Assembly: GCA_965371805.1 (NCBI GenBank)
Contig: CBDUZW010000004.1
Coordinates: forward strand, 82,954 to 146,953
Reading direction: 5' to 3'
Length of the DNA: 64,000 nucleotides
Source: an uncultured bacterium
Lineage (GTDB): Bacteria; Acidobacteriota; Aminicenantia; UBA2199
The notes under the pieces are model-generated. The model worked only from the letters and a program-made list of their open reading frames with translations. It was not told the DNA's origin and ran no database searches. How positions within the stretch are numbered: position 1 is the stretch's first letter; each line of letters begins with the position of its first letter. Positions 48,319-56,914 of this stretch are shown here, piece after piece. The position numbers and the translations under genes were made by a program.

Positions 48319-48993
48319 ATGGATTTAAAAAATAACTTGAATGGATCTGATCCTGGAATTGATGAAGATCTTAATGACAAAAATTTTAAAAATGCATTTC
48401 ATATTGATCTCCCAAATTTATATAATATAAAAAAAGGAAATAGTGTGGTTAGTTGGCTGCTGTCTGCACGCGAATTTCTAAGTGCCTCAAGGTTAATTGA
48501 TATCAATGTAAAAAAACTCAGTGATAAACATCAGTTTTTATATGATAATAAAAAAAAATTCCCTATATCATGGTTTGCTATTGATCCAAATAGAATGTTA
48601 AAGGGGATGGCTGTTGAATCTGTTTTAAAGGCATTATGGCTGGATAATGGTAATATGATGCTTGTATTGGATAAGAATGACAGGGAAAGAAAAAAAATAG
48701 ACATTAATAGGATCCCTAATTCCGGTGATCATAACCTTATAGACTATTCAAATGAATTGGGACTGGAATTTAATAAAGATGAGAAGATCTATTTGGAAAT
48801 CCTTACGAATCATATTATTGCTGATGGTAGAGATCCTATTCATAAACAGGTAAAGATCACTTCACGTTACGGCACTAAATTTCTAAATGAGTATGAACAT
48901 ATTAAGAATATATTTTTAAAAATATTTAATGATTTTGGACAGGATGATCAGGATATAAATTTTGAGATTGAAGAGATAAAAAAATTATTGTAA
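48319..48993 (+). CDS. Hypothetical protein (224 aa) adjacent to tRNA-Arg
   Basis: ORF only. No recognisable domain. Confidence 0.35.
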   Translation: MDLKNNLNGSDPGIDEDLNDKNFKNAFHIDLPNLYNIKKGNSVVSWLLSAREFLSASRLIDINVKKLSDKHQFLYDNKKKFPISWFAIDPNRMLKGMAVESVLKALWLDNGNMMLVLDKNDRERKKIDINRIPNSGDHNLIDYSNELGLEFNKDEKIYLEILTNHIIADGRDPIHKQVKITSRYGTKFLNEYEHIKNIFLKIFNDFGQDDQDINFEIEEIKKLL

Positions 48994-49039
48994 ATTTCAT
49001 CTGTTACAATCGGGACATTACACCCTGAAGGTTCTTAAC

Positions 49040-49069
49040 TTGACTTATATTGGTGGATACAGTTAGAAT
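49040..49069 (+). promoter_or_regulatory. Candidate promoter for lpxD
   Basis: TTGACT, an 18-nt spacer, then TAGAAT, about 40 nt upstream of the GGAGAAG RBS. Confidence 0.3.
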
Positions 49070-49108
49070 ATTTACTTAAAAAAGTATTTGTATCTATAGG
49101 AGAAGAAA

Positions 49109-50146
49109 ATGGAAATTTCAGAATTTATTGGCTATGATAAGGGTTTAAAGCTTGAATATCCTTCTATCTGGGATGGAGATATCTCGGGCATAACGACTAT
49201 CAGTGTCCCTAAAAACAAGCATGTTTTCTTTCTGATGGAGTATAAATTTTATAAATACTGGCTGGAATCAGTAGGATCTTCTGAAAATGATGCCTGGAAA
49301 GAGACAGGTGCAATTGTCAGTAAAGGTCTATGGGAAACAGAAGATATAAAAAAAAATATAATTAAGAATGTCGGATTTGTTTTTGTTTCAGAAAATGCAG
49401 ATCTATCAATCTGTTTGCTGTCTAAACCGTTTTATATGGAAAAATTTGGTAATAAAAATGATATTGAAGATGGAAGAGATACGGGGACTGCCATAATTCA
49501 CAAGTCTGCATCGATTGCTACGAATGTATTTATTGGTGAGAATGTTAGAGTTGAAGAGAATGTAAAAATTCATTCCGGGTCGGTAATCATGTCAGAAGCG
49601 ACTTTAAAAAAAGGAACTGTCCTATATCCTAATGTAACAATTTATTATGGTGTTGAAATTGGAAAAAATTGCAGATTGCATTCAGGAGTAGTAATTGGAG
49701 CTGATGGTTTTGGGTATAAGAATGTAGATGGAGTTCATGAGAAAATCTGGCATACCGGCAGTGTTATTATTGGAGACAATGTGGAAATAGGCTCACTCTC
49801 TTCAGTTGACGGCGGTACATTTATACCAACCAGGGTAGGCGAAGGTACAATTATAGATAATCAGGTACAGATAGGACATAATTCTCAACTTGGAAAAAGA
49901 GTTATCTTTTGTGGTCACTCAGGTACAGCCGGGAGTGCTACTGTAGGTGATAATACTGTAGTAGGTGGTAAGGCGGGAATTGGCAATGATGTAAAAGTCG
50001 GAAAAAATTGTCAAATAGCTGGAAATGCTATGGTTAATACCTCCTGGCCTGAAAATAGTGTAATTGCCGGACATCCTGCAAGGCCTATTAGAGAGTGGTT
50101 AAGGGGACTTGCATATGTTAGAAAACAGGTTTCAGCTAAAAAATAG
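49109..50146 (+). CDS. lpxD: UDP-3-O-acylglucosamine N-acyltransferase
   Basis: N-terminal LpxD-type domain followed by left-handed beta-helix hexapeptide repeats. C-terminal HPARPIREWLRGLAYVRK is like the LpxD tail. Confidence 0.7.
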   Translation: MEISEFIGYDKGLKLEYPSIWDGDISGITTISVPKNKHVFFLMEYKFYKYWLESVGSSENDAWKETGAIVSKGLWETEDIKKNIIKNVGFVFVSENADLSICLLSKPFYMEKFGNKNDIEDGRDTGTAIIHKSASIATNVFIGENVRVEENVKIHSGSVIMSEATLKKGTVLYPNVTIYYGVEIGKNCRLHSGVVIGADGFGYKNVDGVHEKIWHTGSVIIGDNVEIGSLSSVDGGTFIPTRVGEGTIIDNQVQIGHNSQLGKRVIFCGHSGTAGSATVGDNTVVGGKAGIGNDVKVGKNCQIAGNAMVNTSWPENSVIAGHPARPIREWLRGLAYVRKQVSAKK

Positions 50147-50191
50147 GCTACTTGATTAAAGGCAATTTATTAATTAGAATGCTGTTTTATT

Positions 50192-50689
50192 ATGGTTGAT
50201 ATTAAATCGGATAAATTTTATATGCAGAAAGCATTGGCAAATGCAGAGGAAGCATATCGAATGAATGAGGTTCCTGTTGGCGCCGTAGTAGTCTTTGAGA
50301 ACGAGATAATTGGTGAAGGATACAACTCAGTTATTAGTAAATCAGATCCGACAGCTCATGCAGAGATAATTGCATTAAGGGCAGCAGGCAAAAAAATCGG
50401 CAATTACAGGGTATTGGAAGCTGATCTGTTTGTGACTCTTGAGCCATGCTTAATGTGCTATTCTGCAATGGTTCATGCAAGGATAAGGCGTCTCATTTAT
50501 GGCGCTATTGATAAAAAAACCGGATATTTTTCAACCGGAAGTTTTGAACTTGTGGGAGATATATTTAACCATAAAATAGAAAGGATTCCAGGCTTACTGG
50601 CCGAAGAATCCTCAGATTTACTAAAAAAGTTCTTCAAAGAACGGAGGGATGCCGGAGCGGCTGAACGGGGCGGTCTCGAAAATCGTTGA
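50192..50689 (+). CDS. tadA: tRNA adenosine(34) deaminase
   Basis: CDA-fold zinc motifs HAEIIALR and LEPCLMCYSAM. The ORF has no stop codon before the tRNA-Ser gene and overlaps it by 47 nt. Confidence 0.85.
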   Translation: MVDIKSDKFYMQKALANAEEAYRMNEVPVGAVVVFENEIIGEGYNSVISKSDPTAHAEIIALRAAGKKIGNYRVLEADLFVTLEPCLMCYSAMVHARIRRLIYGAIDKKTGYFSTGSFELVGDIFNHKIERIPGLLAEESSDLLKKFFKERRDAGAAERGGLENR

Positions 50690-50729
50690 CCTGGCAACAG
50701 GTCCTAGGGTTCAAATCCCTATCCCTCCG
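50643..50729 (+). tRNA. tRNA-Ser (anticodon CGA), type II with a long variable arm
   Basis: Acceptor GGAGGGA/TCCCTCC. D arm CCG...CGG. Anticodon arm GCGGT-CTCGAAA-ATCGT. Variable arm GACCTG-GCAA-CAGGTC. T arm TAGGG-TTCAAAT-CCCTA. Discriminator G. Confidence 0.8.
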
Positions 50730-51025
50730 GATTTGAACTCTGAGTAGGGTTCACCAATTCGGTATGTCCGAATTAGCATAGCATGATCTATATGCTACCA
50801 CACAGTGGTGAAAACAGCCGTTTTCATAAATCCCTTCCCTCTGATTGTTACAGGGGTTTGAATCCGAAGTTGTGGGTTCAACCAATTTGGAACACCCAAA
50901 TTAGCATTGGAGCAACGCGAACAACCCGAAGGGCAAACACAGCTGTGTTTGTAATCACACTCCCTCCGAGTTTTGAACTCGCAGATTAGGTTCAACCAAT
51001 TCGGAAATTCCGATCTGTGTTTTCG
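50730..51025 (+). repeat. Three tandem degenerate copies of the tRNA-Ser 3' end, each followed by a roughly 35-nt motif and a hairpin. Also contains an 18-nt perfect palindrome at 50934-50951.
   Basis: Direct repeats of ...CCCTCCG + G(A/G)TTTGAAYYC...TAGGGTTCAMCCAATTYGG + loop + CCRAATT occur at 50722-50780, 50838-50905 and 50961-51020. Degenerate tRNA ends: TCAAATCCCTATCCCTCCG (the genuine gene), CATAAATCCCTTCCCTCTG and CACTCCCTCCG. The region is GC-rich and non-coding. Confidence 0.5.
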
Positions 51026-51169
51026 TCAATTAATTGTACGATTCCATAACCTTTTAATAGGGTTTATAGCTATTGCTGTTTTGATGATTTTGATATTTAT
51101 ATAAAATAACTCATAATTATAATATTATGGAATATGCTCAGCTTCTATAAACAGAAAATAATAGTAATA

Positions 51170-52156
51170 TTACTGCTTTTTTAAATCATTAATTAAAGAT
51201 CTGAGAGATGAACTCTGTGGATCTTTAGGAGCCATCTTAATAAACTTCTCAAAATACTGGATAGATTGTTTAATATCACCTTTATTTAAATAGGCATATC
51301 CCAGTTTTGAATAATATAAAGCCTGTTCAGGTTTAAGTGTTATCGATAATTTATAATATTTTATAGCATCATCTGTTTTTCCTCTATTAAACATAATCTC
51401 AGCTAATCTAAAAACAATGGCTACATTTGGCAGAGATGAGGATTCGATTGATTTTTTATAGTTCAAAGCCGCTTTTTCAAGATCTTGTAATCCTGTATAT
51501 GCGTCTCCAATATTAGAAAAAATAAGGGCAACGTCTTCATTTCCTTTAAAATCAGGTATGTCCTTTTTATATCCTTCAATAACTCTTTTAAATGCTTCGA
51601 CGGCTCCTTTGTAATTTTTTAGCTCCATATAACAATTTCCGAGGTTTATTGCAACCTTATAGTTTTCAGGATATTTAATTACAAAATCCTTAAAAAATGG
51701 AAGCGCTTCAGCATATTTTTTGTCTTTAAAAAATTTATTCCCCTTTTTTATAATCACAGCTTTATCTGTTTTTTCAGTGTTATCCACTTTTTCTTGATTT
51801 GCAGATTCTTTTTTAAGAACAATATCCATAAATGAATTCCTACCCAGACTAGTCAATTTAATAGTTTTTTTCATGGTTTCATAACCCTCTTTTTCTGCAT
51901 AGAAATTAAATCTCCCGGATGCAAAACCAAAAATGCCCCATTCTCCCTTCTTATTACTCCGGGTATTCAGCTTAAATTCTTCCGAACTTATTTTTATAAT
52001 AGTTATTGTGACTTTCTCTAATGGATTTCCTGATTCGTTTTTTATTGATCCTGCAACACGCCCGCTTCCTCTTCCGCTCTGTGAAATAAGAGGAAAGGAA
52101 AGTATTATTAATGCAAACATTAGCGTTATGGTTTTTCTGATTCTTTGACTTTTCAT
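51170..52156 (-). CDS. Secreted TPR-repeat protein with an N-terminal carboxypeptidase-regulatory-like beta domain
   Basis: Signal peptide. The first ~100 aa are predicted beta-rich. At least 5 TPR motifs (AEALPFFKDFVIKY, GAVEAFKRVIEGY, ALNYKKSIES, AIKYYKLSITLKP, SIQYFEKFIKMAP). Confidence 0.55.
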   Translation of the reverse strand: MKSQRIRKTITLMFALIILSFPLISQSGRGSGRVAGSIKNESGNPLEKVTITIIKISSEEFKLNTRSNKKGEWGIFGFASGRFNFYAEKEGYETMKKTIKLTSLGRNSFMDIVLKKESANQEKVDNTEKTDKAVIIKKGNKFFKDKKYAEALPFFKDFVIKYPENYKVAINLGNCYMELKNYKGAVEAFKRVIEGYKKDIPDFKGNEDVALIFSNIGDAYTGLQDLEKAALNYKKSIESSSLPNVAIVFRLAEIMFNRGKTDDAIKYYKLSITLKPEQALYYSKLGYAYLNKGDIKQSIQYFEKFIKMAPKDPQSSSLRSLINDLKKQ

Positions 52157-52494
52157 TTTTTTCTCCCGACTAAATTATATCTATTCTATTCTGTATTTAC
52201 AAAAATTTTATATCATATACAATATTTATAGTCAAATATTTAATGCCCCTAAATTTTTACCAAATGCTACTGCAATGTCCAATATGTCCATAATGACAGC
52301 ATAAAATACAATCTCTTCATTTCAAAATAGTATAACTATGCTTCATTCTATTTAATCCTTTTGCTTATTATTACCGACATCTTAAACATTTTACCCCAAT
52401 TTTGATGGAAAATTCAGGTGTCTGAAAAATAAATTTAAATTTTACTTTGAAATTTTATCTTTTTTATATATAATAGTAAAAAAGGAGACTAAAT

Positions 52495-52896
52495 ATGCTT
52501 ACAAAATTTTCGATAATAACAAAAAAAAAACTGGAATTAATTGATATTACAGATGAAGTGAAAAGTATTATAGAAAAAAGCAATGTTAAGGATGGCATTG
52601 TTAATGTTTCTCTGCCTCACACATCTGCAGCGTTAATAACAGCTATTAATTCAGACGAGAATGCTAATCAGGATTTTTTTGATACTTTATCTAAATTGAT
52701 TCCAAAAGGTTTATTAGAATATAAACATATTGGAGAAAATTCAGACAGTCATATTAAATCTGCTCTGCTTGGTACTGAAAAAAACATAATAATTGAAGAG
52801 AGGGAATTATTATTGGGTAAATGGCAATCTCTCTTCTTATGTGAACTCGATGGACCAAGGGAGAGGCATATATTTGTTAAAATTCTAGTTGGATAA
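52495..52896 (+). CDS. yjbQ: YjbQ/UPF0047-family secondary thiamine-phosphate synthase enzyme
   Basis: 133 aa. IVNVSLPHTSAALIT and the DSHIKSALLG motif are characteristic of YjbQ. Confidence 0.7.
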   Translation: MLTKFSIITKKKLELIDITDEVKSIIEKSNVKDGIVNVSLPHTSAALITAINSDENANQDFFDTLSKLIPKGLLEYKHIGENSDSHIKSALLGTEKNIIIEERELLLGKWQSLFLCELDGPRERHIFVKILVG

Positions 52897-52989
52897 ATTA
52901 TATTATAATTTAAAAAACTTTAAAACAGAAAGGATATTTATATCTCATTGCATCTTGAAAAAACCTGCTATTTAGGGTAATATATTGTT

Positions 52990-54090
52990 ATGGGAAATAA
53001 TTATATATTGGCTATTAATCCAGGATCTACTTCGACTAAAGTTGCAGTATTCCAGGATGAAAAAATTATATGTGAGAGTAAAATATCACATGAAGTAGAA
53101 GAGATTTCAAAATTTGACCGGATAATAGACCAAAAAGAATTCAGAACAAAAGTTGTAATGAATTTTTTCAAGGAGAACTCTTTTGATCCTACTCTCCTGA
53201 ATGCTGTAGTTGGAAGGGGTGGAATCCTGACTCCAATGAAATCAGGTACTTATAAAGTAAATCAGGAAATGGTTGATTATTTAAAAGACAGTTATTTAGA
53301 ACATGCATCCAATCTTGGTGCAATTATAGCAGATGTCATTGCAAAAATAGTTGGGATTGAGGCTTATATTGTTGATCCGGTTGTGGTTGATGAAATGGAT
53401 GAGATTGCAAAGATTACAGGTATTCCCGAGATAAAAAGACAAAGCCTGTTTCATGCATTAAATCAAAAGGCTATGGCTAGAGAAGCAGCTAAATCCTTAA
53501 AGAAGGATTATAAATATTGCAATCTAATTGTTGCTCACCTTGGAGCTGGAATTTCAATTGGGATGCATAAAATGGGATCAGTTGTTGATGTGAATAATGG
53601 ATTAAATGGAGACGGTCCTTTCTCACCTGAAAGAGCGGGGACTTTACCAGCATGGAGTCTTGTTGAACTTTCTACATTGGGAACATTCTCTCTCCCTGAT
53701 ATGAAAAAAAAACTTACTGGTAAGGGTGGACTTGTTGCCCATCTTGGGATTAATGATCTGAGAGATGTTATAAAGAGGATAGATGCAGGAGATAAAAAAG
53801 CTGCTCTTATTTATGAGGCTATGGCATATAATATATCAAAGGAAATAGGCTTATTGGCTCCTGTTGTTAATGGGAATCTTGATGCGATAGTTTTAACCGG
53901 AGGCCTTGCATATAATGAGGGTTTTATAGACTTAATAAAGAAAAGAGTTGAGTTTCTAGCGCCGGTTCTGGTATTTCCGGGAGAGGATGAAATGACTGCT
54001 CTTGCTAATGGCGTATTAAGAGTTTTAAATAAAGAAGAGAATGCAAGAAATTGGAAATATAATCCAAATATAGATGGAGGGAAATTATGA
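52990..54090 (+). CDS. buk: Butyrate kinase
   Basis: ASKHA-fold N-terminal ILAINPGSTSTKVAVF, HLGAGISIG and LTGGLAYN motifs. Confidence 0.85.
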   Translation: MGNNYILAINPGSTSTKVAVFQDEKIICESKISHEVEEISKFDRIIDQKEFRTKVVMNFFKENSFDPTLLNAVVGRGGILTPMKSGTYKVNQEMVDYLKDSYLEHASNLGAIIADVIAKIVGIEAYIVDPVVVDEMDEIAKITGIPEIKRQSLFHALNQKAMAREAAKSLKKDYKYCNLIVAHLGAGISIGMHKMGSVVDVNNGLNGDGPFSPERAGTLPAWSLVELSTLGTFSLPDMKKKLTGKGGLVAHLGINDLRDVIKRIDAGDKKAALIYEAMAYNISKEIGLLAPVVNGNLDAIVLTGGLAYNEGFIDLIKKRVEFLAPVLVFPGEDEMTALANGVLRVLNKEENARNWKYNPNIDGGKL

Positions 54091-54992
54091 ATGCAATAAA
54101 AAATTTATCAGAACTGGAACAGTTGGTAAAGGAAAAAACAACACCAAAGATGTCTGTTGCCTTTGCCCAGGACGAAGATACAATTCTTGCTGTAAACAGG
54201 GCTGTTGATGAAAAAATTGTTGAGGCAATTTTAATAGGGGATAAGACAAAGATAGAGGGAATTTGTAAAAAACTTGATATTTTACCTGAGAAATTTGAGA
54301 TAATAAATGAACCTGATGAAAAAAAGAGTGGTACAAAAGCTGTAGAATTGATTGTAGAAGGGAAGGCTCATATTTTAATGAAGGGGCTGATATCTACTCC
54401 ATATTTTTTGAAGGCTATTTTAAATAAAGAATTTAACCTTATAAAAAAGGGTCAGGTTCTTTCTCATACAGCTGTGATTGAAATTGAAACCTATGACAAA
54501 CTTTTAATAGTTTCCGATGTAGCAATGATCCCGTATCCGGATTTGAATCAAAAGATACAAATGATCAATTACAATATTAAAATTTCCGAGAAATTGGGAA
54601 TTAAAAATCCTAAAATAGCAATCGTAACTGCAAATGAAAAAGTATCTGAAAAGATGCCTTCAACAGTTGATGCTGCTATTATTTCAAAAATGGCTGATAG
54701 AAAACAGATAAAGGGAGCAATTATTGATGGGCCTCTGGCCTTAGATGTTGCTTTATCAAAAAGAGCCTGTGATATTAAAGGACTGAAATCTCCAATCGAA
54801 GGTTATGCTGATGTTTTAATTTTTCCAAATATTGATGCTGGAAATGTTTTCTATAAAACTACGACTATACTCGGAAAGGCAAAACTTGCAGGAGTTGTGA
54901 CAGGGACACCATTCCCAACTGTACTTGTGTCCAGAGCGGATGATGATGATTCTAAATACTATTCAATTGTTCTAGCTTCAGCATTGGCTTAA
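54087..54992 (+). CDS. ptb: Phosphate butyryltransferase (phosphate acyltransferase family)
   Basis: 301 aa, phosphate acetyl/butyryltransferase fold. Start overlaps the buk stop (ATGA). Confidence 0.8.
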   Translation: MNAIKNLSELEQLVKEKTTPKMSVAFAQDEDTILAVNRAVDEKIVEAILIGDKTKIEGICKKLDILPEKFEIINEPDEKKSGTKAVELIVEGKAHILMKGLISTPYFLKAILNKEFNLIKKGQVLSHTAVIEIETYDKLLIVSDVAMIPYPDLNQKIQMINYNIKISEKLGIKNPKIAIVTANEKVSEKMPSTVDAAIISKMADRKQIKGAIIDGPLALDVALSKRACDIKGLKSPIEGYADVLIFPNIDAGNVFYKTTTILGKAKLAGVVTGTPFPTVLVSRADDDDSKYYSIVLASALA

Positions 54993-55039
54993 AGTAAAAA
55001 GTTAGTATATTATAACTTTGTGAACTTTAAATGAACTTT

Positions 55040-55405
55040 GGAAACGGATAAAGGATCGCCTTAAAGTGGATGTATTCTGCTTCAGGGAGGAAAGTCTGGG
55101 CTCCATAGGGAAAGGGTAGTTCCTAACAGGAACGGGTTTCCGATATACGGAAACTACGGAAAGTGTCTAAGAGAATAGACTGCTAAGGCTATTGCTTTAG
55201 TAAAGGTGAAATGGTGAGGTAAGAGCTCACCGGTTGAAAAAGTGATTTTTTGACGCAGGATAAACCCTACCCGGTGCAAGGCTTAATAAAAGGGTGCAAA
55301 GGCTTTCCCGGCCAATACCTTTAGGTTAGCCGCTCGAGCAATTAAGCAATTAATTGCCCAGATAAATGATCTTTTTTGACAGAACCCGGCTTATCGTCCG
55401 TTTCC
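55040..55405 (+). ncRNA. rnpB: RNase P RNA (bacterial type A)
   Basis: Conserved GAGGAAAGTCTGGGCTCCATAGGG (P4 5' strand region) and ACAGAACCCGGCTTATCG (P4 3' strand region). P1 pairing between GGAAACGGAT (5') and GTCCGTTTCC (3'). Length about 366 nt. Confidence 0.85.
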
Positions 55406-55483
55406 AATAGTTCATTTTTTTTATATATAACTTAAATTGAGTGATTGTTTTGGATGAAGAGTCTTATAGTGTTGTTTCCAGAA

Positions 55484-55621
55484 GGTTTTACAAAAACCAC
55501 AGGCATATTAATAAGTATGTCGAGGATTTTTGGGAAGCTTTATGGTGCAACAGGTTTGGACTATTCGCCGAAAGAAATGCTCAATTCAGGTATAAAAAGA
55601 TTTTTTTATAAGGAGGTCTAA
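55484..55621 (+). repeat. Copy 3 of the leader-plus-mini-ORF element. The 34-codon ORF (MSRIFGKLYGATGLDYSPKEMLNSGIKRFFYKEV*) has a stop that overlaps the mogA start codon (TAATG).
   Basis: The leader ACAAAAACCACAGGCATATTAATAAGT is nearly identical to the reverse complement of 33967-33999. ATG at 55517. The stop TAA at 55619-55621 shares its last A with the mogA ATG. The AAGGAGG RBS for mogA lies inside the ORF. Confidence 0.45.
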
Positions 55622-56091
55622 TGCTTATAATTTCAATTATAACATTGTCAGATAGAGCCTTTAACGGCATATATGAAGATTTGTCAGGACCAAAGATAAA
55701 AGAAATTATTCTAGAAAATAAAATAGATTGTAAAATTTCAAATATTATTATTCCTGATGAAGTAGAGGACCTTAAAAAAGAACTGCAAAAAAGCCTTGAC
55801 TCAGATTATATTATTACAACTGGTGGGACCGGGATTTCTCCCAGAGATATAACTCCTGAGGTCACAAGGTCTTTCTGTGATTTTGAACTTCCTGGGATAT
55901 CGGAAATGCTCAGGTATGAATCCTTGAAAGAAACACAACATGCCGTGTTTTCAAGAGGTTTTTCTGGAGTTAGAGGCAAAACTATAATTATTAATTTCCC
56001 CGGTTCTGTTAAGGCAGTTACCTTATGTACAAAATTAATTGTTCCAATTTTGGAACATGGGAAAAAAATGATCGAGGGGAAGGGGCACTAA
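55621..56091 (+). CDS. mogA: Molybdenum cofactor biosynthesis protein MogA/MoaB (molybdopterin adenylyltransferase family)
   Basis: 156 aa. TTGGTGISPRDITPE motif of the MogA/MoaB fold. Confidence 0.7.
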   Translation: MLIISIITLSDRAFNGIYEDLSGPKIKEIILENKIDCKISNIIIPDEVEDLKKELQKSLDSDYIITTGGTGISPRDITPEVTRSFCDFELPGISEMLRYESLKETQHAVFSRGFSGVRGKTIIINFPGSVKAVTLCTKLIVPILEHGKKMIEGKGH

Positions 56092-56111
56092 ACTTAGTTA
56101 GCACTTATTTG

Positions 56112-56849
56112 TTATTCTCCCAACAAAACTCTACAAAGTTGATACATATAGATGTCGCTGGTTCTGATATTTTCCAGATCTCCATCTTTAATCTTAAACC
56201 AGAGTAGAGATAAGTGTTGAAGTGATTTCAGAATTTTTTTATAATTTTTTATTTTAAAATTACTTTTAGAGGGTGCAATTTTTTTAAATTGTTTTAAGTG
56301 TTCCATTGCATATTTGTTTATATCATAAGTTCTGGAATTTGGATAAGTTGTCTGATAATTTTTAATTATTACTTCTCTAACATCTTGTTCCAGAAGTAAT
56401 TCACCTAGAAGATGGGAATTTTTTATGAAATCAGAATATTCTAAAGGGATTGATTGAAAAAACTCTTCTGTTAACAGATTTTGTTCTGCAATCTCTTTAT
56501 CATTTGAAATTGACCTTTGACAATATTTTTTTGAGGCTATTAATAAATAAGTTAGAGTGTTTTTAAGTGCATCTAATCTCTCTTTTGAAATCATGTAGAA
56601 ACTTTCATAATAGTTTAAGTCATCTTTCTGATGTTCTACAATTGATGAGAAAGTATTTTGTTTGTTCTGAAAAGAACTTATCATGTCCTCTTTAATTGTT
56701 TTTAAAAGTATCTCTACTTTAATAAAAAAAGATTCCATCTCTAATTCGTCTTTTATGTTCAAACTGTTTAATTTGTCAAAAAAGTCTTTCATACTTAAGT
56801 TTATACATAAATAAAAACAAAAAGTCAAGATTTTTTTACTATGTTTCAA
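56112..56849 (-). CDS. Hypothetical protein
   Basis: ORF only. The likely true start is the internal MKDFFDKL. Confidence 0.35.
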   Translation of the reverse strand: MKHSKKILTFCFYLCINLSMKDFFDKLNSLNIKDELEMESFFIKVEILLKTIKEDMISSFQNKQNTFSSIVEHQKDDLNYYESFYMISKERLDALKNTLTYLLIASKKYCQRSISNDKEIAEQNLLTEEFFQSIPLEYSDFIKNSHLLGELLLEQDVREVIIKNYQTTYPNSRTYDINKYAMEHLKQFKKIAPSKSNFKIKNYKKILKSLQHLSLLWFKIKDGDLENIRTSDIYMYQLCRVLLGE

Positions 56850-56914
56850 TGTTTTTTTTACTGGTTCTATTGACTTTCTTTAAAGAATTATATATTAATA
56901 TAAGTGGTGGAAAA

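Noticed and set aside
50783-50995. Two overlapping 66-68-aa ORFs (both strands) downstream of tRNA-Ser
   Set aside because: They fall in the GC-rich tRNA-end repeat and hairpin region. Open frames are expected by chance in GC-rich structured sequence. No RBS.
50730-51025. Possible CRISPR array or additional tRNA genes in the repeat region
   Set aside because: The repeats are irregularly spaced, degenerate, and derived from the tRNA 3' end. No cas genes. No complete cloverleaf could be folded for the extra copies.
54085-54336. 83-aa minus-strand ORF overlapping the ptb start
   Set aside because: Gln/Leu-rich low-complexity antisense translation. The ptb gene on the plus strand is strongly supported.
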